Below are positions 14,436-26,846 of a stretch of 64,000 bases of DNA, piece after piece (position 1 is the stretch's first letter; each line of letters begins with the position of its first letter). The stretch covers positions 96,348,001-96,412,000 of the forward strand of contig NC_043001.1 of assembly GCF_006345805.1 (NCBI RefSeq), written 5' to 3'. The DNA comes from Octopus sinensis. Taxonomy: Eukaryota. The translations under genes and the position numbers were made by a program. The notes under the pieces are model-generated. The model was given only the letters and a program-made list of their open reading frames with translations, searched no databases and had not been told where the DNA came from.

Positions 14436-14717
14436 GGGAGATGTCTCTACCGAGCAGAAAATACGTTCAACAGGAAGGATATTAGTAATACCATAATAGC
14501 TGTTAGGGAGGAGCGAGGAAAATCGTTAATACGTTGGGCAAAACGCTTAACGACCCTTTTTCTGGATCTTTACATTCTGAGTTCAAGTTACATTGAGCTC
14601 AACTTTAATTTCATCCTACTGTCTCATTCGAACGGGGTCGATAGAATTAAGTAGCCCCCTCTTCGCAACATTTCAGGCATTGTGCCTATAGCAGAAAGGA
14701 TTAATACCATTATTCAA

Positions 14718-14950
14718 GGCGGCGAGCTGGCAGAAACGTTAGCACGCCGGGCGAAATGCTTAGCGGTATTTCGTCTGCCGTTACGTTCTGAGTTCAAATT
14801 CCGCCGAGGTCGACTTTGCTTTTCATCCTTTCGGGGTCGATAAATTAAGTACCAGTTACGCACTGGGGTCGATGTAATCGACTTGATCCGTTTGTCTGTC
14901 CTTGTTTGTCCCCTCTGTGTTTAACCCCTTGTGGGCAATAAAGAAATAAG
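14718..14950 (+). mobile_element. SINE family B, full length
   Basis: ggcggcgagctggcagaaacgttagc...gttctgagttcaaattcc...cccttgtgggcaataaagaaata; agaaaggattaata duplicated on both sides. Confidence 0.88.
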
Positions 14951-15250
14951 AAAGGATTAATATCTTTATTCCGTGCTGGACAATATACTTAGCGGCATTT
15001 CTTTCGTCTCTTTAGGTTCTAAGTTCAAATGCTGCCGAGGTCGATTTTGCCTTTCATCTTTCAGGATCGACACAATAAATATATCATTTGAGTACTGACA
15101 TCGATCGAACTGACTTCTCCGCCTCAAAATTTATTGGTCTTCTGCCAAAACTAGAAAGTGTTCTTGATATTATCAATCAAAAGCTATTATATATTAATTT
15201 AATTTTCAGAGATGATACACTGAGTTATTCTAACAACAGCAACAAGCCTC

Positions 15251-15790
15251 TTTAAATCCGAAGCACCTTTCTTAGGGTTTTTACAAAATACAGTATGATA
15301 CTTCTTTCCAGATCAACAAAAAGTACCTCAGTTCCAGTACCTTTCAGCTTCTCAGGTAACAGTTCAATTATGACGAGTGCACCAATTACCCCAGGAACAA
15401 TTTTCACCTTTGTGTAAAACAATTTTCTTCATTCAACTGACTAGATTCTGCTATTTATCAATTTTCACAATTTCTTTGATACCCAGTATACTTTCACATG
15501 GTATTGTATAACCTATGATCGTATACTGTTTGATTTTCTTTCTTTTTTTTCCTTCTATTTTCATATCTAGTCTGCTTGCTTTAATAGTAAGGGCAGTCTC
15601 TATGGTGAAATCTCACATATTCCTTTAACTATCATTCACCATAACAGCCTCTGGCTCTTGTTCATACTAGTTTTCTGTCATTTCGAATTTACAAATTTAG
15701 CTAACATCCCAGTCTAGTTTATTATCGACACAGTCATACCTTTCTTTATACTCTTTTTGAGCTAGATATCAGCACTCATTTAGGAGATTG
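15251..15790 (-). pseudogene. R4/Dong-like (restriction-like endonuclease) LINE C-terminal remnant
   Basis: Minus-strand traces LAQKEYKERYDCV, YEQEPEAV, DFTIET, KVKIVPGVIGAL...TLRKVL match the RLE-LINE C-terminus; stops and frameshifts. Confidence 0.75.
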
Positions 15791-16147
15791 GTCGTAACAA
15801 ACGGTGGAAGTGGTGGGCAGTAGCATTAGCAGTCACGATAAGAACAACGAGTCAACCGCAAGCAACAAAAGCAAATCTCTGACAAGTTTTATAAAAAAAC
15901 CTACACACATTGGAAATAACATAACAGCAACAGAGGATTGTATCTTATACTAATTCCCATTTTTGCATATTAATGCTGCTCTGCCAAATATTGCAAGCAC
16001 TACTGTTAAGGGACTTCTTGTCAGAACATAAGCTGGATAAGAGTTTATTAATATTATTAACTAAATGTTTAAAGTAATGGCTGAACTTTGCATTGAGATT
16101 TATTATGAGGGTATTATTTATTAGTGCCTAAATCGTGAGCTATACTA

Positions 16148-17165
16148 TTGGATTGGCAACTAAGTTCCCGCCGATTTTTTTTTATTTTGGAATTTATTGC
16201 GTTTTTAAATTTCGGAATCTATTTTTTTCGAGAATTCTATTTTTGAATCATTTTGGAATCTATTTTGTATCTTTTCTTCTAGTTGATTTTAGTTAATTTT
16301 TGTTTATTTTAAGATCATTAAAATGGAATGTCAAGTTAAGAAAAACGAGTATTTTCGACACCTTCCACACTGCTATAGATAGGAAAGGTTCAGAAGTAGG
16401 AAGCATGGGTTCCGCATGCTTTAAGTGACAACAACAAAAATCAACGAGCCACAATCTCTGTTGGTTTGCTTGCTGGTCACCACTCAACTCATGGATACAA
16501 GCAACGATTTCTTTACCGATTCGTTACGGGCGACGAAAAATGGTGCCAGTACATCAATATGAAGCAGCGTAAGGAATGGCTTAGCCCCGGTAAACACGCG
16601 ACACCGCGCGTGAAACAAGATCTTCATCCACGTCAAACGATGTTGTGCGTATGGTGGGACTGGGAAGGGATTATCCGCCACGAATTGCTTGAACGGAACC
16701 AAACGGTCAACGCTCAACAGATGGAACGACTCAACACGGCTATTCAAGAGAAAAGACCTAATCGGCAGCATGGAGTTCTTCTGCTGCACGACAACGCCCG
16801 ATCTCATATCGCCAATATGACCAAGGAAGCGATTCAAACGCATGGCTAGGAAGTGCTGCCACACCTGCCGTACTCTCCTGATTTGGCACCAACGAATTTC
16901 CACCTCTTTCGATCTCTTTCAAATGCTATGCGTGAAGTTTCATTCAATACTGATGCAGAATTGAGAGCTTGGTTGGATCAATTTTTCGAGTGGAAATCGG
17001 GTGATTTCTACTAACGAGGTATTGAAAATCTTGTTGAACGTTAAGAAGAATCGGTAAACAACTTGGGTGAATACATTATTGATTAATTAGATGTTGTCTT
17101 TTATTAAACCTTTTAAAAATTTTAAATTAAAAAAACAAACGGCGGGAACTTAGTTGCCAACCCAA
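16148..17165 (+). mobile_element. Mariner DNA transposon, internally deleted, 1018 bp
   Basis: 26-bp TIRs TTGG(A/G)TTGGCAACTAAGTTCCCGCCG; TA TSD at 16146-16147 and 17166-17167. Confidence 0.95.
16323..17086 (+). pseudogene. Mariner DD34D transposase pseudogene
   Basis: MECQVKKNEYFRHL, WVPHAL, VTGDEKW, LLHDNAR, YSPDLAP; in-frame stops; third catalytic D reads N (PTNFHLF); HTH region missing. Confidence 0.93.
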
Positions 17166-18522
17166 TACATAAATGAACTATACTTAGATTCGCATCAATT
17201 GTGACCTTTAGATCACTTTGAATATGTCAAAGAAATTCTTCCCGAGGGTATCCATTCATAATTTGCAAAATACCAAACTTTGTGCAGTAAAATGTCTTCT
17301 GAAGTAAATTTAAGATGTATAACTTTATCAGTTCATAAACCTCAGCTCCATCGTTCAGTCCCATGGCTGTATCAAACAATTCCTCGTAGCAGTGTTTAAT
17401 TCAAAATGAATTATCATAAAGTAGCTAAGATCTCCAAGCAAACATAATAAAATTAATGCCCGAATCACTTGCTGGAATAAAATCTCTAACTAATTCTTAA
17501 TCTTTCTGAATAAGCAACCTATGTTATAGACAAATGGAACTTCATTACGTCGTGCTACATAAATGTTTAAACGTGCCAATTCTCTGTTGTTGAATCACCC
17601 AATAAGTGATATATTGTTTACAAACAGAAGAGAGGTGACTCGTTTAATGTTAAGAATTTGGAATCTAAAATATTTTTATGAACTTACCAATCATACTTCG
17701 TGGATTTAGCAATCTACATTTGGCGTTCTCAAGAAAATTGTCTTAATGATGTTTAAATGTAATGTGTGATGTATGTGTACGTATATCACTTTCTCGCGGA
17801 TTTATTAATCTGAATTTAGAGTTGGCAAGAAAATTATCGTTATGATCTTTAAATGTAATGTAAGGATTACGTGTTACAGAAATGTCTACCTTTTCGTATT
17901 AGTTATTTTTTTTAATTTCTAAACTAATAACATACGAAGTACTAGAGTGATGTATTAAAACACTATATCTAATATTAGTGGCTATCAGTTCCGTAGGTAT
18001 AGTAGTTTTTGCCAAGAAACACACCTGTGCTCAGCCTCTTTTCTTTAATTTTGTTAAATCGCAAGAATGTTTTAAAAGTAGTTGAATGATATTTTAAAAC
18101 TTTCTTTTATGTTTAAATGAATAGTTTCAAAATGTTCCATTCCTTTGAATTAGGAAAACCAAACTTGTTTTCTTTTGTGGTACCCGTGTTACATTATTAA
18201 AAGAGGAAAAAAAAAAATCTTGATTAGATCTTCGGTCCTTTCATTTAGATACTCAATGTGTCTGGTGTCGAGACAATATATTTGCAGAAAATTTCAGAAT
18301 CAGCTGTTATATTTCCAGCTTTTGTAATTCTGTCTATGGATAGTGCTCGACTACATGCCATGTTTGTTCAGGTGAACAGATGAATCATGTCATCCTAATT
18401 GAATAAACGAATATGTAGCGATTTTTCGGAAACCAATTAAAACTTGAAGAGCAATCATATTTCAATGTGTTAGTGTATATTGTTGCTTATATAATGTTAC
18501 GATACTCTCCAATCAATACTAT

Positions 18523-18905
18523 TTTACTTTTTTACTTGCTTCAGTCATGCTGGATCACCGCCTTAAAGGGATTTAGTCGAAGAAATCGCCCCGTGATTTA
18601 TTCTTTGTAAGCCTATTAGTTACTCTATCAGTCTCTTTTTGCCGAACCGCTAAGTTACTTGTACGTAAACACACCAGCATCGGTTGTCAAATTATGGTGG
18701 GGGGACAAACACAGACACAAAGACACACACACACGCACATATATATATATATATGACGGACTTCATTCAGTTTCTGTCCACCAAATCTACTCACAAAGCA
18801 TTGGTCGGCTCGAGGTTATAGTAGAAGACACTTGCCCAAGGTTCCACACAGTGGTACTGAACCCGAAACCATTTGGTTGGGAAGCAAGCTACTTACCACA
18901 TACAC
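18523..18905 (-). mobile_element. SINE family A (diverged)
   Basis: Homology to other A copies. Confidence 0.85.
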
Positions 18906-19463
18906 ACGTTTGCACTCATTTCATAACAGAAGAGAAGTGACTAGTTTAATGTTAAAAATTTGGAATCTAAACTATTTTTATGAATTTCCCAATCTCACTT
19001 TGCGGATTTAGTAGTTCGAAACATTTAGAGTAACCAGTACCATGGAATTCAGAATTACGATTCATGAAATTTCGGTGGATGATGAACAAGGGTCGTCCTC
19101 ATTGACTGGTTCTGGTCACCAACGACTTATTCTCACTGGTTGGTTTTGATCACATGACGTGATAAGAACGAACGCTGTTCATCCTTTATTGACAACGAGC
19201 TGTACTTTGAAGCTGTAAATGCCTTTTAACTATGACTGAAGCATCCGAACAGTAGGACATTTTTTCTGTGAAACTTTAAGAAATGTGATTCTGATTGAAA
19301 CTCATTGCATATAAATTTTAACTTACAAACGTATTGAGTGTACTTGTCTTTACTTTGTAAACCCATCTATCTTTAACTCCATGTTTCTCTGTTTCACTTT
19401 CTGTATTGATCTCTCTCTTTATCTCTCTTTATGACTATATATATATGTGTGTGTATGTGTATG

Positions 19464-19501
<38 letters not shown>

Positions 19502-19509
19502 TATATATA

Positions 19510-19561
<52 letters not shown>

Positions 19562-19652
19562 TTCAAATTTACAGAAGATTTGTATGCACATGCTTAAATA
19601 TATATATATATGTATATATATAATATATATATATATATGTTTACATACATAT

Positions 19653-19694
<42 letters not shown>

Positions 19695-19803
19695 GTGTAT
19701 GTGTGTGTGTATGTGTGCATGTGTATATGTTTACCGGAGTAAAACATAAATGTGAAACAAGGTGGAAAAAAGAGAACTCAAATACCAGTGGTAGAGTAAT
19801 ATG

Positions 19804-19855
19804 CTTTATTTAAAGCAGCAGAAAATTTGTTGAATTTTCTGCTGCTTTAAATAAA

Positions 19856-19856
<1 letters not shown>
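19804..19856. repeat. Perfect 24-bp-arm hairpin, 5-nt loop
   Basis: ctttatttaaagcagcagaaaatt-tgttg-aattttctgctgctttaaataaag. Confidence 0.95.
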
Positions 19857-19950
<94 letters not shown>

Positions 19951-20229
19951 GTTATATACACATACACACGCACACAGACACACACATATATACCTACACT
20001 TACACTGGTTTCAGTTATTGAACTGCGGCAGTGTAGGATTTGAGTCATGCATATTGACCCCATTATTTCTTCCAGTCTGGTACTTATTCTATCGATCTCT
20101 CTTTGTTAAGCCGTTAAGATTAAGACACTAGACATACATATAGCAGAACTAGATAAACGAAACATCTGTTAATCGCTGTAACCATAAACAGAGACACGAA
20201 CGCTCACCTATACACTCACATACATACAC

Positions 20230-20277
20230 CTACACCTATACACATGCATATATATTATATATTCATATATATATATA

Positions 20278-20313
<36 letters not shown>

Positions 20314-20467
20314 TATACATGTATATATATATATATAATATATATACATATATATATATACATATATATACATATATATACATATATATATATGCATTTA
20401 TATATATGTATATATATATATGTATATATATATATATACATATATACATATATATATACATACATAC

Positions 20468-20536
<69 letters not shown>

Positions 20537-20607
20537 CATACATTTATATATATAGATAGATAGAGAGATAGATAAATGCAGGCATATAGATACATACATG
20601 CATATAA

Positions 20608-20642
<35 letters not shown>

Positions 20643-20760
20643 AGTGTGTGTAAATATATAATATATATTTGTATATGTATATGTATATGTATGTATATTT
20701 TTGTGTGTTTGTGTGTGTGTTTGTGTGTTTGTTTGTGTGTGTGTGTGCGTGTGTGTGTGT
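20230..20760. repeat. (TA)n/(TACA)n/(TG)n microsatellite field
   Basis: Direct reading. Confidence 0.95.
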
Positions 20761-20999
20761 ATGCACTAAATTACATGTATCTTTTGAACATAATCGTACG
20801 CTATTCTCAAGACCTACTTAAGAGATGTGTAAGAAGATGAAAAGACATATTAAATGCAAATTGCATCGGATAGCCTGTCTCGATCAATTTTCATTTCGAG
20901 TTAATCAGTATTTGTAAGAATATAAAGAATTAACGCTGCTGGAGTTGTTAATATTGTTCTTTTCGTGCCCGCTGTTGTTGTTGATATTGTTATTGTAAT

Positions 21000-21068
<69 letters not shown>

Positions 21069-21348
21069 CGCCGTAGTTGTGTCGTTACAGTAGTGGTATA
21101 TTTTATCATAATACATACATAATGCTTTTGATGTCTTTCAGTTATAGCTTTCTTTCAATTTTTCCTTCTGGTTGATGTTTTAAAAATAAAGATTCAGGAA
21201 ACAGCTTCATGAATAGCGGTGTCATTCATCATGATCATCATCATCATATTCGCCTTGCTGTTGTTGTTGTTGTTGCTGTTATTGTTATCATTGTTTTTGT
21301 TTCCGTTGTTGTTGCAGTTTCCGTTGTTTCCGTTGCTGTTGTTGTTGC

Positions 21349-21397
<49 letters not shown>

Positions 21398-21455
21398 GTA
21401 ATAATAATAATAATTATTATTATTATTGTTGTTGTTGTTGTCGTTATTATTATTA

Positions 21456-21617
21456 GGCGTAGGATTGGCTGTATGGTAAGTATCTTGCTTACGAACCACA
21501 TAGTTCCCAGTGCAGTCTCACTGCGTGGCACCTTGGGCAAGTGTCATCTACTATAGCCTCGGGCCGACCAAAACCTTGTGAGTGGATTTGGTAGAGGGAA
21601 ACTGAAAGAAGCCCGTC

Positions 21618-21666
<49 letters not shown>

Positions 21667-21679
21667 ATATATATATATC

Positions 21680-21747
<68 letters not shown>

Positions 21748-21993
21748 TGTATGTGTGTATGTGTGTGTTTATATGTTTGTGTATCTGTGTTTGTCCACCC
21801 AACATCGCTAGACAACAGTGCTGGTGTGTTTACGTCCCCGTATCTTAGCGGTTTGGCAAAAGAGACCGATAGAATAAGTACTGCGCTTACAAAGACTAAG
21901 TCCTGGGGTCGATTTGCTCGACTAAAGGCGGTGCTCCATCATGGCCACAGTCAAATGACTGAAACAAGTAGAAAAGTAAAAGAGTAAAGAGTA
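21456..21993 (+). mobile_element. SINE family A
   Basis: Full head and tail; long internal (TA)n(TATG)n. Confidence 0.9.
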
Positions 21994-21995
21994 AT

Positions 21996-22043
<48 letters not shown>

Positions 22044-22345
22044 GTGGAGGCGCGATGGCCCAGTGGTTAGGGCAGCTGACTCGCAGTCATAGGATCGCGG
22101 TTTCGATTCCCAGACCGGGCGTTGTGAGTGTTTGTTGAGCAAAAACACCTAAAGCATCACGAGGCTCCGGCAGGGGGTTGTGGCGATCCCTGCTGTACTC
22201 TTTCGCCGCAACTTTCTCTCCTTCTTCTGTTGACCTGCTCGCTTAGACAGCGGGGTGGCGTCATTTGAAGGCTAAAACAATGCGAAGCGCATTGTGACCA
22301 GCGATGTGTTGCAACATCTTCATGCCTGGTCGGTCACGTGATCAC
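22044..22345 (+). mobile_element. tRNA-derived SINE family C, near full length
   Basis: Head gtggaggcgcgatggcccagtggttagggcag...gtttcgattcccagacc; homologues at 2829, 35343 and 36643. Confidence 0.85.
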
Positions 22346-22730
22346 GGGATTATTATTATTAATCAGATGCACATATCGTCAGCCACCAAGGGACATGCTC
22401 AACTGGTTACGGTCAAACAAGTGACAAGCAACTCAGTAAAGTACACGAAGCCCAGTATCCCCATCGTGACTGTCCGTCTGTGTGTGTGTGTATGTGTGAA
22501 GATGCGTAAAATTTCCTTTATTCGTTTGTTCATGTATTTACTTGTTGAACGACATAACGGGCAAACTATTTGTTAAATTAGAATTATCCAAGTGACAATG
22601 TAAGTGTTTATTTTAAAATTTATTCCAAAATAACTCAGGGAACTATTAACTTTTCACCAGCTACAGCTAGTTTGACATCTGCTAACACAAAATTCTCGGG
22701 CCGTGCGTCACTCTGTTGCATCTGCAAAAC

Positions 22731-22808
<78 letters not shown>

Positions 22809-23069
22809 GTCTATCTATCTAGCTAGCTAGCTATATATCTATGTGAATGTAGCAAGGATGGCACGTATGAATGACGAAGCCAGCTTGAGCATAATCCTAT
22901 GAACCCGGAAAAAATTAAAACAGAGGGTTACCTACTTGCAAACAAATGTAGTAACATGTAACAATATTGACCGAGGTTACTGTGGCATTTTCCTTAGGCT
23001 TTTCTTTCCACGGATAAACCTTATCTGCTTCCCCTTTTACACTTTACATCATGTCATTTCTGTGATACA

Positions 23070-23252
23070 CGATCCCTATTGATCGTTTTTTTTCTTTTTT
23101 TCTTTCCTTTTTTTCTTTCCCCTTTACAATCCCTTTTGATCGAAAACCTACCCAACTTTCTTTTTCTCACTCCCCTAAAAGAAAAGCTCTACTTTGTAAT
23201 CTGTCCCGTCTGTGTGCAGCCCTGTGTGGCTAATAAAGAAACATATCTATCT
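23070..23252 (+). mobile_element. LINE-like 3' end (family E)
   Basis: Copy of 12172-12297, ends ggctaataaagaaacatatctatc. Confidence 0.7.
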
Positions 23253-23714
23253 ATGCTATGCTATACACATATATGAATGATACACATTCACACACACATA
23301 TATATGTATATATGTATTTATATATATTTATATATGTATGTGTGTGTGTGTGTGTGTATAAATTAAAAGTGACAGTTGACAAGGAGTAAAGGCAGAAAAT
23401 TAAAAAGCTAGAATTACTCACAGAGAAATTGATAGTTAAATGCTCAACATTTATAATGATCATATACTACACTAAGCTATTAGCGGGAACATTCCTACTA
23501 ATGAAAATAAGAAATGACTTACAAAGCCACAAAACTGACATAAAATAGTATAAAATATGGAACAAAGATCTAATGTTTACGAATTACTTTCCTATACACT
23601 TTTACTGTGCAATAGAGCCAATTATAGAGTTCTATATTTTAGAGATGAGGAATTATGTACATTATTTACATTATTTACATTCGACAGATATTTGTCCTCA
23701 TCTGGTTTGTTTTT

Positions 23715-23760
23715 AACGCACCGCTTCGGCTGATATACCCTCCAGCCTTCTTCAGGTGTC
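23715..23760 (-). ncRNA. Minimal type I hammerhead motif, degenerate
   Basis: acac-CTGAAGA-a-ggctg...cagcc-GAAG-cggtgcgtt: stem II intact, GAAA changed to GAAG. Confidence 0.6.
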
Positions 23761-23908
23761 TAGGGGAAATTTCGAACCTGGGTTCTCATTCCTAAGGTAT
23801 TTTTCGATGTTATTATTATTATCATTATTATTATTATTATTATTATTAGTAGTAGTAGTAGTAGAGGGAGAGCAGCAGCAGCAGCAGCAAGAGTAGTAGT
23901 AGTAGTAT

Positions 23909-24103
23909 TACTCTTTCATTCTTTTACTTGTTTCAGTCATTTGACTGTGGCCATGCTGGAGCGCCACTTTTTTTTAGTCGAGCAAAAGGACTTATTCTTT
24001 GTAATCCTAGTACTTGTTCTATCGGTCTATTTTGCCGAACCGCTAGGTTACGGGGACGTAAACACACCAGCATCTATTGTCAGACATACAAACATATATA
24101 TAC

Positions 24104-24151
<48 letters not shown>

Positions 24152-24313
24152 GGCGGGCTTCTTTCAGTTTCCGTCTACTAAATCCACTCACAAGGCTTTG
24201 GTTGACCCTAGGGTATAGTAGAAGACACTTGCCCAAGGTGCCACGCAGTGGGACTGAACCCGGAATCATGTGGTTCGTAAGCAAGCTACTTACCACACAG
24301 CCACTTCTACGCC

Positions 24314-24314
<1 letters not shown>
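23909..24314 (-). mobile_element. SINE family A nested in the tRNA-HHR element
   Basis: Homology to A consensus. Confidence 0.9.
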
Positions 24315-24353
<39 letters not shown>

Positions 24354-24473
24354 TATTGTTATTATTATTATTGTTATTGTTCAGGTCACTGCTTAGAATC
24401 GAACTCGGAATCCTGGGGTTAGTAGCCCGCGCTCTTAACCACTACGCCATATGCCCGTGGGCATATTCCCCAA

Positions 24474-24519
24474 GACACCTGAAGAAGGCTGGAGGGTATA
24501 TCTGGCGAAACGTTGTGTT
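24474..24519 (+). ncRNA. Minimal type I hammerhead motif
   Basis: gacac-CTGAAGA-a-ggctg...ctggc-GAAA-CGTT-gtgtt; stem I gacac/gtgtt; palindromic AACGTT; two stem II mismatches. Confidence 0.7.
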
Positions 24520-25163
24520 AACAACAAACAAGATGAGAACGAATATCCGTCGAATGTAAATAATGTAAATAAAGAGTCAATTATATTTCTTTTTGTTGAT
24601 TAGAGATAAACATCAACGTGTGATCAGACCTAATTATAATGATGCCAATGTTTTATTTGACCTGCAACAGTTTATTCGTCTGCTTCTCGGTTGCAATACC
24701 TTTCCAAATCGTTTCTTCTATTCTACTCTGTCACCATCTTCCGTCGCTTACTCGTGGGCGGTGTTTTTTCGACGATACTAAGGTTTGTTTGAGCAAATGT
24801 TGGCATATGTTATTGCTTTTAGCTTCGCGTTTTGCTGGTTGGGGTGTTGGACTCACAATCGTATGACTGTAATTTTGATTCCTGAACCGGGCGAAGCGTT
24901 ATTGGTCTTGAGCGTTGGTGTCCTTAATTTCAAGTTGCTCCAAGTCTACTCAACTGGCAAAAATTAGTAATCTTGGGACGGACCGGCATCCCGTCCAAGT
25001 TCGGGAACAAATGCACCACAGAAACCAGTTATATGTGTCTATATGAAGTTAGAAGGATCTTTATCCGATGTATGTTTGTTTCTTCGATATTTAATAATTT
25101 AAATTCTTCCGCTGAAGAAGGAGCTAGTTTCTAATAAAGATACAAATCTCCATCTTTGGAGCG

Positions 25164-25580
25164 TACTCTTTTACCCTTTTACTTTTTTACTTGTTTCAGT
25201 CATTTGACTGTGGCCATGCTGGAGCACCGCCTTTTAATCGATCAAATCGAACCCAGGACTTATTCTTTGTAAGCGTAGTACTTATTCTATCGGTCTCTTT
25301 TGCCGAACCGCTAAGTTACGGGTACATAAACACACCAGCATCGGTTGTCAAGCGATGTTGGGAGACAAACACAGGCACACAAACATATACACACACACAC
25401 ACATACATATACATATATAGAACGGGTTTCTTTCAGTTTCCGTCTACCAAATCCACTCACAAGGCTTTGGTCGGCCCGAGGCTGTAGTAGAAGACACTTG
25501 TCCAAGATGCGACGCAGTGGGACAGAACCTGGAAACATGTGGTTCGTAAGCAAGCTACTTACCGCACAGCCACTCCTACG
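25164..25580 (-). mobile_element. SINE family A
   Basis: Homology to A consensus. Confidence 0.9.
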
Positions 25581-25982
25581 GCTAGATAGCGAAATCAATG
25601 TCACATTTTAAACCTGGGGAAAGTTTCGCATAGTTTCACTGTTTCGCTTACAGATCGTATTTGTAATGTGCTAATCAGTTGGTTTATTTCTTTTTCTGAA
25701 AATCCAAGTTTATCCAGACTGACAGGCGTCTACTTACAAAACCAAGTGCTTCGATTATAATTGGTATAAATATAAATTCGCAATCTGGATATAGAAGCTT
25801 GAGGTTTCGAAGTAGTTGTCCATAGTTATCTTCTTTTTGATTTTCAAATAATTGAGATCAGCTGACCTCTATGATGATACATACATTTCTTGTCTGTCTA
25901 ACTGTCTGTCTATTTATATGTGGTACCTACCGAGCAGAAACCTTTATCATGTCAAGTTAATCGTGCAGAATATTCTCAATTC

Positions 25983-26076
25983 GGCACCTTGGGCAATTAT
26001 CATTTACTATAGCCTCGGGTTGACCAAAGCCTTGTGAATGGATTTGGTAGACGGAAACTGAAAGAAACCCGTCGTA

Positions 26077-26150
<74 letters not shown>

Positions 26151-26375
26151 GTGTGTGTGTATATGTTTGTGTGTCTGTGTTTGTCCCCCAACATCGCTTG
26201 ACAATCGATGCAGGTGTGTTTACGTCCCCGTAACTTAGCGATTCGGCAAAAGATCGATAGAATAAGTACTAGGCTTACAAAGAATAAGTCCTGGGTTCGA
26301 TTTGTTCGACTAAAGGCGATGCTCCAGCATGGCCACAGTCAAATGACTGAACCAAGTAAGAGAGTAAAAGAGTAA
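25983..26375 (+). mobile_element. SINE family A, 5'-truncated
   Basis: Begins at ggcaccttgggc. Confidence 0.88.
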
Positions 26376-26377
26376 TT

Positions 26378-26585
26378 CTCTCACTGGATGTGCTAATAGC
26401 TTTGGTTATTTGATTTATAGTCAACCACTAGTGGTGAAAGCGATCAATGTTTTCCTCGATGGTGGCCATTTCAGGACGTTCAAAACTTGCGTCATCTTCA
26501 ACACTGTCCATTCACCTCATCAACTCAGCTACCCACTTTTACACTGTTGCTAAAGCTGGAGCATCATTCGTAATGTAGCAACAAT
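26378..26585 (-). pseudogene. Mariner transposase HTH fragment
   Basis: Minus reads NDAPALATV*KWVAELMR*MDSVEDDASFERPEMATIEENIDRF. Confidence 0.7.
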
Positions 26586-26586
26586 T

Positions 26587-26671
26587 CGGCGGCGAGCTGG
26601 CAGAACTGTTAGCACGCCGGGCGAAATGCGTAGTCGTATTTCGTCTGCCATTACGTTCTGAGTTCAAATTT
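26587..26671 (+). mobile_element. SINE family B head fragment
   Basis: ggcggcgagctggcagaactgttagcacgccgggcg...ttctgagttcaaattt. Confidence 0.85.
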
Positions 26672-26761
26672 ACACTATTTTATTCTTTTGGAATAATATC
26701 AGTGATATCTTCGAAACATGTGTCGGAAGTAAAAGAATTTGAAATACATCTGCGTTAAACT

Positions 26762-26846
<85 letters not shown>

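Larger units (their letters stand above)
15930..17560 (-). pseudogene. Penelope-like RT remnant split by a mariner insertion
   Basis: FDTAMGLNDGAEVYELIKLYIL (PLE RT motif B region) at 17300-17375, then LKVTIDANLSIVHL; beyond the mariner it continues ...DLGTNK*YPHNK; the YxDD segment is deleted. Confidence 0.65.
23658..24572 (-). mobile_element. Composite tRNA-headed, hammerhead-tailed retroelement with an inverted tail copy (interrupted by SINE A)
   Basis: 23660-23766 and 24466-24572 are inverted copies; tRNA-like head on minus at 24378-24456 (A box TGGCGTAGTGG, B box GAGTTCGATTC); tail (TGTAAATAA)n. Confidence 0.75.

Noticed and set aside
24378-24456. Possible genuine tRNA gene
   Set aside because: The acceptor and T stems do not pair properly and the sequence is embedded in a repeat; treated as a SINE head
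25105-25160. gCTGAAGAaggag...ctcc
   Set aside because: Lacks GAAAC and a cleavage triplet
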